Origin: Nanobdellota archaeon
Lineage (GTDB): Archaea > Nanobdellota > Nanobdellia > Pacearchaeales > GW2011-AR1
Direction of reading: 5' to 3'
DNA length: 51,156 bases
Assembly (NCBI GenBank): GCA_038045185.1
Contig: JBBSYO010000017.1
Coordinates: 1-51,156 of the forward strand
The position numbers were made by a program, and so were the translations under genes. Positions 18,391 through 27,732 of the stretch are shown here, in pieces (positions within the stretch are counted from its first letter, which is position 1; each line of letters starts with the position of its first letter). The notes beneath the pieces were generated by a model. That model was not told the origin of the DNA. It made no database searches and saw only the letters and a program-made list of their open reading frames with translations.

Positions 18391-18633
18391 ATGCCGAACA
18401 ATTCAATTGAGCGACCGCTTGATATGCTCAATATGTCTCGTGGAAAGGAAGTTATCGTGCAGTTGAAGAATGACCGACAGTTTGTTGGCACGTTGCGGGC
18501 TTTTGATATTCATATCAATGTGGTGCTTGATAATACTAAGGAAATGCACAACGGGCAACAGGCCAAGAACTTGGGTTTGGTGTTCCTGCGCGGCGATACT
18601 ATTATTTATATCTCGCCTTCTCACGTTGCTTAG
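18391..18633 (+). CDS. Sm/Lsm RNA-binding protein
   Basis: RPLDML..GTLRAFDIHINVVL..FLRGDTIIYISP gives the Sm1 and Sm2 motifs. Confidence 0.93.
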   Translation: MPNNSIERPLDMLNMSRGKEVIVQLKNDRQFVGTLRAFDIHINVVLDNTKEMHNGQQAKNLGLVFLRGDTIIYISPSHVA

Positions 18634-18895
18634 TTGCTGTTATCTGCATAATGACATTGTTTTTGGAGATTTTCGCATTAAATTTCGTGTGCCTTCCCCC
18701 GCCCTTAAAATTTGCTAGAATTAATTTCGCTGGTCACATTGCATTTTCTGGCTGATGCTCTCAGGTCGTTGAACAGACATTATATTCAATAATTTTCGGG
18801 GCTATTAGTGGATAGGGACAATTTTCAAACTAAACTAAAAAATGAAAAACGGGGGGCTTAGTCCTTCGGACATATAAGCCTACTTCGCAGAAATT

Positions 18896-19147
18896 TTATT
18901 TTTTGTAGATGTTTTTTATCCAAAACTTTTTGAAGAATGGTAAAGTGAGTGTTGATAAAATAAATCCGATAGTTGGGACTATTGCATTAAACCATGGATT
19001 TGGTGCATCAATAGACCAAAGAAAAATCACAATAACTATGTAAGTCATTAATGCAATAATTATCCTTCTTGTCTTGCTGGTTTCCCATTCTTTATCAGCT
19101 TCAACACGCCTATTTCTCTCTTTAATTTGCTCAATATCTTCCTTCAT
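18896..19147 (-). CDS. small membrane protein
   Basis: RNRRVEADKEWETS followed by two TM helices. Confidence 0.75.
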   Translation of the reverse strand: MKEDIEQIKERNRRVEADKEWETSKTRRIIIALMTYIVIVIFLWSIDAPNPWFNAIVPTIGFILSTLTLPFFKKFWIKNIYKK

Positions 19148-19212
19148 AGTTAGTATAAAGTTGCCAGATATATAATGTTTTTGTTTCAGAATAAGTTAGA
19201 TTATTATTTCTT

Positions 19213-20103
19213 TTATACGGTAAGCATATCTAAGTCTTTGACTATTTTTGTGTTCTTGAAAATCTTTTTGGCTTCTTTTTCAATTACCTTAAGATTGTGT
19301 TCGTAGCGCTGGGCGATGTGCGTCAGCACGAGTAATTTTGCTTTAGCTTTCTTTGCAATTGTTGCTGCTTGCGAGGCTGTTAGATGCTTGTAGTTCTCTG
19401 CATAAGCGGCTTCGCGCTCGGCATAAGTTGATTCGCAGATAAGCACATCGGCGTTAGTTGCGAGTTCTATAGCTGCCGGAGTGAATTTGGTGTCCATAAC
19501 TATTGCGATTTTCTTTCCTTTCTCGCAGTAGGTGACGTCTTTAGCCTTAATTTTCTTTCCCCCCCAAACTATATCTCTGCCTTGCTGCAGTTCTCTTATT
19601 ATGGGAAGATTTGGGAGCTTGAACTTTTTGAGCTTGGTCTTATCAAGTCGAAGTTTGTCTTTTATGATGAAGGCGTACGCGTATGTTGCAATATTGTGCT
19701 CCATCAGAGCGTTTTCTATCATAAATTCTTTTGATTCTATTTTTAGAGGAAGCTCGTGGATTTCGTGGGCGATTTTAAAGCGTCCATATATTTGCTGAAG
19801 AAGGTCGATGTGGCGACGGAGACCGTGCGGACCGTAGATTTTTAGTGTTTTCGCATACTCTGACATCTCAAGCGTTTCCATCAGTCCTGGCAAGCCGAGT
19901 ACGTGATCTCCGTGCAGATGTGTAATGCAGATGCGCGTCAGTTTGCATGGATTGAGGTTTGCGTGTTTGAACTGCCTTTGAGTGCCTTCTCCGCAGTCGA
20001 ATAGAATGTGTTCGTTTTCCCATTGCAGCAGTATTGCGGGATGATTGCGCTGCGCTGTGGGAATCGCGTTGCTGGTGCCCAAAAAGGTAAGAGTGATATC
20101 CAT
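19213..20103 (-). CDS. rnz: ribonuclease Z
   Basis: FLGTS..PT..RN, DCGEGTQRQ, THLHGDH and ESTY motifs. Confidence 0.95.
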   Translation of the reverse strand: MDITLTFLGTSNAIPTAQRNHPAILLQWENEHILFDCGEGTQRQFKHANLNPCKLTRICITHLHGDHVLGLPGLMETLEMSEYAKTLKIYGPHGLRRHIDLLQQIYGRFKIAHEIHELPLKIESKEFMIENALMEHNIATYAYAFIIKDKLRLDKTKLKKFKLPNLPIIRELQQGRDIVWGGKKIKAKDVTYCEKGKKIAIVMDTKFTPAAIELATNADVLICESTYAEREAAYAENYKHLTASQAATIAKKAKAKLLVLTHIAQRYEHNLKVIEKEAKKIFKNTKIVKDLDMLTV

Positions 20104-20185
20104 GTGCTTTTGAAGAGGAAATCTGCTTTATATAGATTGGGAGGGTTTCAATAATCTATTTAAAAGCACTTGTGGTTATAATAGC

Positions 20186-23100
20186 ATGCGTATTAAAGAG
20201 AGGTTGGCTGTAGGTCTTCTACTGCTCGTACTGGGAACTTTTTCTGTGTATGCGACGATGGTCTTTGATAGTTCGGCAGGCGATTTTAATGCAGGCACGT
20301 TCAAGAATACGTTTTACAATATATCTGGATTTGTCCAGCTCAATGCATCTCAAACTACAGGTAATTTTACCAGCAGAATTTTTGATGCGCTGGCGAATGC
20401 AACGTGGAATAACATATCATGGACGACGCGCGTTTGTTACGGATGCCAACTGGTGAATAACCGAGGCACTGAGAGCGGGTTTGCGCATAATGTTAATATG
20501 GCTGGCAATGTTTTCTTGCTACATCTAAATAATACAATTGGAGAGAATGCAACTTTTTTCAGGGATTTTTCCGGAAATGCGCTTAATGGCACGTGCATAA
20601 CTAATCGTTGCCCTGCTTTTACTGCTAACGGGAAGTTTGGCGGAGCATATGATTTTGAAAATAGCGGGTCTTTTGACGATGTTATTAATTTCAGCAATCC
20701 GAGCGCCCTCAATAATTTCAGCTCTGAAATTACGCTGGAAGCATGGATTCGGTCAGAAAGCTGGCCCAATGGCGGCGCACCCACTGTTATTGACAAAGAC
20801 TTTGCGCGACAGTATTCACTTTATTTTGTTGATTCAGGAAGCTCAGACTTTTTGCAAACTGATTTAGTAACTTCTAATGGCGTCGCCCGCATCACAGGCA
20901 CTTTTGATCATAGTTCAGCCGTATGGTACCACATTGTTTTTACTTATAATGGGTCTGAAATGAGACTCTATAGCAATGGTTTGCCTGATGGTTCTGCTGT
21001 TTCCCATAACGGAACTGTTAATTCCAGCGCCAAAGACTTTTTAATTGGCAGCGGATGGAATGGAAACAATCCGTACGCCTTTCCCTTTGATGGCATAATT
21101 GATGAAGTGTCTGTTTACAATCGTTCTCTTAGTGAGCAGGAGGTTGCAGACCATTATGAAAGAGGTGTTCTGCGCTTGAATTTGAGTGCGCGAAGCTGCG
21201 ACGATGCTGCTTGTTTGGGGGAGAGCTTTTCTGATGTGAATGATAGTTCGCCGCAGCAGCTTGCAGTAAGCACTAATCGATATTTCCAATACCGCACGGT
21301 TTTTGATACTGGCGATGTTAATTATAGCCCAAGTTTGTACAACACGACTGTGTATTATACTGCGTCTAATACTGCTCCGCGATTGAATATTACTTCGCCA
21401 TTAAATCAGAGCTATGGTTTAGCGAATCTTGATTTGAATTATTCTGCAAGTGACGCTGAGGGCAATCTTGATTCGTGCTGGTACTCGACTAACGATGGAG
21501 CTACTAACACGACGGTGGCGTGCGGCACGAATGTTTCTTTAATTGCTTTAGAAGGCAACAATAATTGGATGGTATTTGCAAATGATACTTTGGGCAGCAG
21601 CAATTTAAGCCGCGTGACTTTCTTTGTTGATAGTCTTTACCCTTTGATTGCCTTCGGAGCTGGAACTCCTGCGAATGGCAGTTATCTGACGCAGAACTCT
21701 TTATACGTTAACACGAGTTGGAACGAAAGCAACTTTGCAAGCATTAGTTTTGAGCTTTTGAATGCTACTGGAACGATTAATCAAACTGTTTTTGCTAATG
21801 CGCGAAATAATATCAATTGGATTGGTCTTGCCGATGGAATTTATTTTTATGATGTGAGTATCAATGATAGCCTCAGTCATACAAACTCAACTGAAACGCG
21901 AACAGTTGTTATTGACACCATCTTTCCTGAAATATTCTTTGCGCCCCCAAGCGATGCAAACTGGGGCACGCTTACACACAACTTTATCTTGGTAAATGTG
22001 AGTGCGAATGATGCCAACTTTGCCAATATAACTCTTAACTTTTATAATTCGACAGGTTTGGTGAACCAGACAACTTCTCAAGCATCTTCTATTTTCTCTA
22101 ATTATTCTGGTCTTGCTGATGGGAATTATTCATTTAATGCGACGGTTTTTGACTTGGCAGGCAATATTAATTCAACTGAAACGCGAACTATCCGTGTGGA
22201 CGCGGGCTTTCCGATTATAACTATCAACAGCCCTCAAAATAGCACGTATAATTCTCTTCCGATTGTTTTTAATGTTAGCGTCAATGAAGATGCAGCTTTC
22301 TGCAACTACTCGCTTAATAGCGGAGCAAATGTGAGCATGTCCACTCTCGATTTCCGCGTCTTTACAGCAACCAATATGTCCATGACTGATGGGGGCTACA
22401 ATGTGCATTATTCCTGCGGCGACTTAGCAGGCAATATTAACTTGACGAGTGTTACTTTTAGTCTTGACCGCGCGGCTCCTGCCGTGTCTATTATTTATCC
22501 TCTCAATACTACTTATAGCGTGGCTCCCTCGGAGCTGAATTATACAGTCTCTGATGTAAATTCGATTACGTGCTGGTACACGCTAAATGAAGGAGTGATA
22601 AATACAAGTGTGGTCTGTGGCGCGAACGTTAGCGGTTTGAGTGCTTCACAAGGAAGTAACATCTGGCGCGTGTATGCTAACGACAGCGCTGGAAATCTTA
22701 ATTCAAGCAGCGTTACCTTTTCTTTTGAGGGAAGCATCCCTGTTATCGACTTTGTGGCTCCTACTGAGAATAACGGAGCCAATCTTTCGACTGCGCAGAT
22801 AAGAGTTAATGTGAGCGCATCTGACAGCAATCTTGAACGTATTGTCGTGCGTTTGTATAATTCAAGCGGTCTTGTGAACAGCACGAGCTTCAGTTCAAGC
22901 CCCGCGGACATTACGTTTTTCAATCTGAACGATGGGATTTATTCTTTCAATGCGAGTGCTAATGATACGGTTGGTAATATTAATTCAACTGAAACACGCG
23001 GAGTTACACTTGATAGCACTCCCCCTCTTGTGGTGATTAACTCGCCACAAAACACGACTTATTACAATGCCACGATTCTTGTTAATATAAGCAGCAACGG

Positions 23101-25309
23101 GGCTTCTAATGTGTGGTTCTATAATGGTAGTGCAAACGAAACTTATACTGGCGCGGGATATCGCACGTTTGCAGAGGGAAGCACTATGCTCGTTGCGTAT
23201 GCTAATGATAGCTTTGGCAACATTAATAGCACGAGTGCAACATTCACAGTTCAATTGGTAAACAATACTGCGCCAAGCGTCGTGTTAAACGCACCTGTTT
23301 CTGAGGCGATTATAAGCGTTAATGATTCGCTTCTTGCAAGCGTCATGCTTAATGCGAGCGTCTTTGATGCAGATGGAAATAATCTAAGCATATGGTTTTA
23401 TGGAGATAATGCGCTACTGGATACTTTTAATGCGACTGCAGTCGGGACGTTTGCTTATAATTGGACTGGTCTTTCTAAAGGGAACCATAGCTGGAATGTA
23501 GTCGCGTTTGACGGATATGTCAACGGCAGCTCTGCCGGAAACTTTAGCGTCAATATTACCATTGACGCACCACTTATTTCTATTAGTTCGCCTATCCTCT
23601 GCTCTGTGTTCGGAACTAACGAAAGTCTTTCTCTTAATGTGGATGTTAATTCCAGTTCGCTTGATTCGTGCTGGTACAGCCTCACTTCAGGAAGTTTGAA
23701 TATCTCGCTTGTTGATTGTCAGACTACGAGCTTTGATGTGCCTCAGAGTGGGAGCTACACTCTTGACGTGTATGCTAATGAAAGCGTTAACGGACAGATA
23801 GGGCACGCCGCCGTGGGCTTTAATGTTGATATTGATGCTCCGACTATTATTGTGGACAGCCCTCTCAATAATACATACACTAATCAGACACCGCTTTCAT
23901 TCAGCTTCTTTACAGAAAGTTATAACGGCGAACAAACACAGCAGTGCAGTTTGCTGGGCGATTTCACAGGCAGTTATGGACTGAATCAGACAAACAGCAC
24001 AATCTCTTCTGGAGATATTAATTCGTTTTTGCTCAATCTGGTGGAAGGGCGTTATGCCTGGGCTCTGGCGTGCGGAAACGCTATAAAAAATACTACGCTC
24101 TCTTGCAATTATTCAGTTGTTTCAGATGTGACTCCGCCGAATATTACTATTAGTGAACCTAATGGTACATATACTAATGGTTCTGTTCCTGTGAGTGTTG
24201 ACGTGGAAGACAATTTAGCTAATATGTCTAATCAAGGATTATGCTTATATAATGTAAGCCTGATTTCTGGTGTGCAGGTTATTAACGCGACGATTCTTGC
24301 TTCATGCGCTTCTTCTGCGCTTACAGCCTTAGAGGACGACAACTACCAGCTTTTACTTACGGCAAGCGATGCTGCGGGCAACACGCAGACTGAAGCGTCG
24401 CAATTTAGTGTAAGTTCTTCGGCGTCTGGTTCGCCTGGCGGAGGAGGCGGAAGCGGTGTTGGAACTGGAACGCCTGGTTTGACTGGATTTACACGTCTTA
24501 ATGTAACTGCTCCGAACCCTTTCTATATCAAGCGTGGACAGGAAGAAGTTTTTAAAATAAGAATCACGAATAATGGTCAGCGCTTTTTGAATAAGTGCTC
24601 TCTCAAATTTAGCGGAGACTTTGCGCGTTATCTTAATGCGTCTGGTGAAAGCTCGCTCAGCTCTGGTCAAAGCTATGATTTTGATGTGGGCATCGCTCTT
24701 GCCAGCGATGTAGTGCCAGGGCAGTATGGGATACAAGGAAGTGTTGCATGCGACGATTACTCTTCGCAGTTTAGCATGATTGTTATTGTGACGCCGACTG
24801 AATTCGATTTTAGATTTGGCAGTTATGAGAGAGAGGTTGATGTGCTTCGTGTCAGTTATCAGTTGGAAGAGCTTGTAGGCCGCAGGCAAACAATTTCAAT
24901 TGCGTATGAGCTGATTAATCTTGATTCAGTGAGTGTTGCAGAAGGCAGTGAAGAAGTTACGCTCGTTCCAGATACCGAACAGATTGGAGTTCTCGAGATA
25001 TTCCTGCCCAAAGATGCGTTTGGAGAATTTAATTTGCGTCTTTCTTTGGATAATGGCCGCGAGTCTCTTGATGTGGAACGGCAATTGTTCCTTTCTTCCG
25101 CAGGTTTGACAGGTTTAGTCATTTCTGACGAGAATCGCCGTGTGCTGACGTGGCTCGTGGTTGTATTATTTATTGTTGCGATATTTGTATTTGCGATACG
25201 ATATGTCTATAAGCATTATCAGCTTGCGCATTATCATCCGCCGAGGCGCATCATGCATTATCCCAGATTTCATCATAAAAATCATCACAGGAGCCAGCAT
25301 GCGTCGTAA
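20186..25309 (+). CDS. giant surface glycoprotein: LamG domain + Ig-like repeats + C-terminal TM anchor
   Basis: Signal peptide, LamG motifs WYHIVFTY and FDGIIDEVSVYNRSLS, repeated NSTETR/D.AGN modules, many N-x-S/T sequons, Gly linker, TM and His-rich tail. Confidence 0.9.
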   Translation: MRIKERLAVGLLLLVLGTFSVYATMVFDSSAGDFNAGTFKNTFYNISGFVQLNASQTTGNFTSRIFDALANATWNNISWTTRVCYGCQLVNNRGTESGFAHNVNMAGNVFLLHLNNTIGENATFFRDFSGNALNGTCITNRCPAFTANGKFGGAYDFENSGSFDDVINFSNPSALNNFSSEITLEAWIRSESWPNGGAPTVIDKDFARQYSLYFVDSGSSDFLQTDLVTSNGVARITGTFDHSSAVWYHIVFTYNGSEMRLYSNGLPDGSAVSHNGTVNSSAKDFLIGSGWNGNNPYAFPFDGIIDEVSVYNRSLSEQEVADHYERGVLRLNLSARSCDDAACLGESFSDVNDSSPQQLAVSTNRYFQYRTVFDTGDVNYSPSLYNTTVYYTASNTAPRLNITSPLNQSYGLANLDLNYSASDAEGNLDSCWYSTNDGATNTTVACGTNVSLIALEGNNNWMVFANDTLGSSNLSRVTFFVDSLYPLIAFGAGTPANGSYLTQNSLYVNTSWNESNFASISFELLNATGTINQTVFANARNNINWIGLADGIYFYDVSINDSLSHTNSTETRTVVIDTIFPEIFFAPPSDANWGTLTHNFILVNVSANDANFANITLNFYNSTGLVNQTTSQASSIFSNYSGLADGNYSFNATVFDLAGNINSTETRTIRVDAGFPIITINSPQNSTYNSLPIVFNVSVNEDAAFCNYSLNSGANVSMSTLDFRVFTATNMSMTDGGYNVHYSCGDLAGNINLTSVTFSLDRAAPAVSIIYPLNTTYSVAPSELNYTVSDVNSITCWYTLNEGVINTSVVCGANVSGLSASQGSNIWRVYANDSAGNLNSSSVTFSFEGSIPVIDFVAPTENNGANLSTAQIRVNVSASDSNLERIVVRLYNSSGLVNSTSFSSSPADITFFNLNDGIYSFNASANDTVGNINSTETRGVTLDSTPPLVVINSPQNTTYYNATILVNISSNGASNVWFYNGSANETYTGAGYRTFAEGSTMLVAYANDSFGNINSTSATFTVQLVNNTAPSVVLNAPVSEAIISVNDSLLASVMLNASVFDADGNNLSIWFYGDNALLDTFNATAVGTFAYNWTGLSKGNHSWNVVAFDGYVNGSSAGNFSVNITIDAPLISISSPILCSVFGTNESLSLNVDVNSSSLDSCWYSLTSGSLNISLVDCQTTSFDVPQSGSYTLDVYANESVNGQIGHAAVGFNVDIDAPTIIVDSPLNNTYTNQTPLSFSFFTESYNGEQTQQCSLLGDFTGSYGLNQTNSTISSGDINSFLLNLVEGRYAWALACGNAIKNTTLSCNYSVVSDVTPPNITISEPNGTYTNGSVPVSVDVEDNLANMSNQGLCLYNVSLISGVQVINATILASCASSALTALEDDNYQLLLTASDAAGNTQTEASQFSVSSSASGSPGGGGGSGVGTGTPGLTGFTRLNVTAPNPFYIKRGQEEVFKIRITNNGQRFLNKCSLKFSGDFARYLNASGESSLSSGQSYDFDVGIALASDVVPGQYGIQGSVACDDYSSQFSMIVIVTPTEFDFRFGSYEREVDVLRVSYQLEELVGRRQTISIAYELINLDSVSVAEGSEEVTLVPDTEQIGVLEIFLPKDAFGEFNLRLSLDNGRESLDVERQLFLSSAGLTGLVISDENRRVLTWLVVVLFIVAIFVFAIRYVYKHYQLAHYHPPRRIMHYPRFHHKNHHRSQHAS

Positions 25310-25583
25310 TGTGCTGCGTTTCTATATTGTACTATTCTTTTTTGTACTTGCGCTTGTCGCAATGCAATTTGTGATATTGAGAAATTCTACTTCGTCTCTT
25401 AGCGGGTTTGCTGTTTCGGACAATCGTTTATCTATAGTGCTGACAACTTTCCCTCTTCTGGCTTTGTTTTTGCTTGGAGTGCTAATTATCCTGCTTATTT
25501 TGCAACCATACTCGCCTATGCCGAGGCAACGCCATTTCCATCTTGATATCAATGAACGCAATCATCCCGCAGCCTTTAAATAA
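25299..25583 (+). CDS. small two-TM protein
   Basis: MRRNVLRFYIVLFF..LSGFAVS.. Overlaps the end of the upstream gene. Confidence 0.65.
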   Translation: MRRNVLRFYIVLFFFVLALVAMQFVILRNSTSSLSGFAVSDNRLSIVLTTFPLLALFLLGVLIILLILQPYSPMPRQRHFHLDINERNHPAAFK

Positions 25584-25604
25584 CGATTTTCTATCTTACC
25601 AGAT

Positions 25605-25679
25605 GCTCCTGTAGCTCAGCCTGGATAGAGCGCTTGCCTTCTAAGCAAGGGGTCGTAGGTTCAAATCCTATCAGGAGCG
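25605..25679 (+). tRNA. tRNA-Arg(TCT)
   Basis: GCTCCTG/CAGGAGC acceptor and anticodon arm CTTGC-CTTCTAA-GCAAG. Confidence 0.95.
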
Positions 25680-25683
25680 TTGT

Positions 25684-26076
25684 ATGAATGTATTATTCAT
25701 CTGCAAGCATAACCGTTTTAGGAGCAAGGTAGCCGAGGCGCTTTTCAGGAAGCAAGTTTCAAGCGGGGAAGTTAAAAGTGCAGGCATCAATCTGGATTTG
25801 CCTTATGTTGCTCCCTTAGTTAAAAAAGTGCTGAGAGAACAAGGACTTGAAGCAGATAATACGCCGCGCATGATTACGCCCGAACTCATTGATTGGGCGG
25901 ATAAAATTATTATTGTTGCGGACAATGTCGATGCAGCACTTTTTCCTGAAAGTAAGGTTGAGAGATGGGCTGTAACGGATTGTAATCAGGACGACGAAGA
26001 CGGAATACGGCTGCGCGTTAGAGATATTGACAAACGTGTGAACGCACTGGCAAGACGGATTAGAAAACGTCCGTGA
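25684..26076 (+). CDS. low-molecular-weight phosphatase / ArsC-like protein
   Basis: VLFICKHNRFRS (CX5RS P-loop) plus SAG. Confidence 0.85.
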   Translation: MNVLFICKHNRFRSKVAEALFRKQVSSGEVKSAGINLDLPYVAPLVKKVLREQGLEADNTPRMITPELIDWADKIIIVADNVDAALFPESKVERWAVTDCNQDDEDGIRLRVRDIDKRVNALARRIRKRP

Positions 26077-26350
26077 ATGTTCTGCAGAACTGTATTTTAG
26101 CGTCGTCAAATGCCTTTTTTCCGGCATATGTGAGGGTGTAGGCGATAGTTTTTTTGTTTGTGGTTTCTTTTATGAAACCGTCTTCCTTGAGTGATTTTAG
26201 CGCGGGGTAAATTGTTCCAGGACTTGGACGGCACCCCTTGCGCCTTTCCAATTCGTCTGATATCTGTTGGCCATTCATTTCTTTCTTGGATAACAGGAAC
26301 AGTATAAGGAATGACAGGAAGCCGCGCATATCACAGCATGATTTTTTCAT
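26060..26350 (-). CDS. PadR family transcriptional regulator
   Basis: PSPGTIYPAL..L...G.I..Y.LT..G motif and an N-terminal CC. Confidence 0.9.
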   Translation of the reverse strand: MKKSCCDMRGFLSFLILFLLSKKEMNGQQISDELERRKGCRPSPGTIYPALKSLKEDGFIKETTNKKTIAYTLTYAGKKAFDDAKIQFCRTFTDVF

Positions 26351-26396
26351 GCACTTTTATAGTACACATAGGATAAAAAGGCTTCTGTTTGTCTTA

Positions 26397-26489
26397 CAGA
26401 GAATTTGGATAATTGGATTGCTCTTCGTCCCAAATTCTCTGTCTGGATAATTCGAATGAACTGCAACATAATCAACCGAATTCTCCATA
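26397..26489. mobile_element. TA-flanked double-hairpin element (family A)
   Basis: CAGAGAATTT-N25-AAATTCTCTG followed by TGGATAATTCG..CGAATTCTCCA. Homologous to 46325-46416. Confidence 0.88.
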
Positions 26490-26505
26490 TATCGAATAAC
26501 CGATA
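26490..26505. promoter_or_regulatory. putative operator TATCG-N6-CGATA in the padR promoter
   Basis: TATCGAATAACCGATA lies next to the TATA-like TTTAAATA (26508-26515). Same format as 27336-27351. Confidence 0.55.
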
Positions 26506-26531
26506 TGTTTAAATATTTATAAAAAGAAGAG

Positions 26532-27230
26532 TTAAGCTAAACTATTTACAAAATTAATTAAAAGAGGTAGGTTCTTTTTTGTTAAGGACATATCCCATCT
26601 AGCCTTTCTTATCTTTAACAATATACGCACAATCCTCTTTCTTTTTTGGGGGGATTTATCCAATAGCTTATTATATCTAAACCCATGTTCGCCAAAATCT
26701 CTTTCATTTAAATAATGACAAATTTTAAGTAGGTGTTTAATAAAATATTGTGTAACTTTAAAATCTCCTTTTTTAAGAAATGGCAGATGATTCTTCTTAA
26801 CTGCGATAATGCTTAATTGCACCGCTTCATTAAAATCAATTTCTCTGAGCTTAAAATCTCTTCTTGAATATCTTTTGCCAACTATAAACTTCCAATTTTT
26901 AAAGTCTAACAATAGCAATCTTGGATGTATAACTCTTGCAAGCCTGCTTTTTATCTTCTTACCATTTAGTTCGTATAAATAAAGATAGTTTAGCTTAAAA
27001 CCCTTATAGGGACTTTCTTTAAGGCACTCATTGATGGTTTTACAATCCTTTTCTTTTGCTTTATTTTTTACTATCCCTATACTATCAATATCGCTTGACT
27101 TAGAATTAAAATCCTCAGTTAATACAGTTCCCCATAAATAAATTGATAAGAGTCCTTTATTTTTATATTGGGAATAAACTTTTTTCAAAACAGATTCAAT
27201 TATTCTCATTTGTTCTCTTGATATTTTCAT
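26532..27230 (-). CDS. Pol-beta superfamily nucleotidyltransferase-like protein
   Basis: SIYLWGT.....F...SSDIDSIG (hG[GST]..DxD motif). AT-rich. Confidence 0.75.
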   Translation of the reverse strand: MKISREQMRIIESVLKKVYSQYKNKGLLSIYLWGTVLTEDFNSKSSDIDSIGIVKNKAKEKDCKTINECLKESPYKGFKLNYLYLYELNGKKIKSRLARVIHPRLLLLDFKNWKFIVGKRYSRRDFKLREIDFNEAVQLSIIAVKKNHLPFLKKGDFKVTQYFIKHLLKICHYLNERDFGEHGFRYNKLLDKSPQKRKRIVRILLKIRKARWDMSLTKKNLPLLINFVNSLA

Positions 27231-27335
27231 CTTATTAAGCCCGAATGTTTAATACAGTTAAATTCATCTTTTAATTCTTTCTTCCGCGCGCCGTCTGGGT
27301 GGGGATTGGCAAACAACAGATTTAAATATCTCTTG

Positions 27336-27351
27336 TATCGTATATACGATA
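27336..27351. promoter_or_regulatory. perfect 16-bp palindrome, putative operator
   Basis: TATCGTATATACGATA just downstream of TTTAAATA (27321-27328). Confidence 0.55.
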
Positions 27352-27383
27352 TGACATATGCAATGAAAGGGGGTACGACGAAC

Positions 27384-27539
27384 ATGGGATGTTGCACATA
27401 CAATGCGTCATGCAGTCCAAACAGAGGTTTTCTTACAAAGGCTGAAAGAGTTGATATGCTAGAGGGCTACCAAAAAGAACTCGAAGCTGAAGTCAAGGGA
27501 GTGGCTGAACGGATTGCCGAGCTTAAGGACGAGGAATAA
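27384..27539 (+). CDS. small CC-containing coiled-coil protein
   Basis: MGCC..RGFLTKAERVDMLEGYQKELEAEVKGVAERIAEL, with an SD-like AAAGGGGG upstream. Confidence 0.7.
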   Translation: MGCCTYNASCSPNRGFLTKAERVDMLEGYQKELEAEVKGVAERIAELKDEE

Positions 27540-27620
27540 GTACCTTGATTTTCTCTATTTTTCATTTATTCTTTATCTGTTTAGCAGGGTTTAAATAAAC
27601 CTTTTTTGTTGCCTCCTTAC

Positions 27621-27693
27621 GCAGGGGTGGCGAAGTGGTTAACGCGCTCGGCTGCAGCCCGAGTATTCATGGGTTCAATTCCCATCCCCTGCT
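27621..27693 (+). tRNA. tRNA-Cys(GCA)
   Basis: GCAGGGG/CCCCTGC acceptor and anticodon arm CTCGG-CTGCAGC-CCGAG. Confidence 0.93.
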
Positions 27694-27732
27694 TCCCACA
27701 TTCTTTAAATATACAGTTTGTATGGTATGGAG

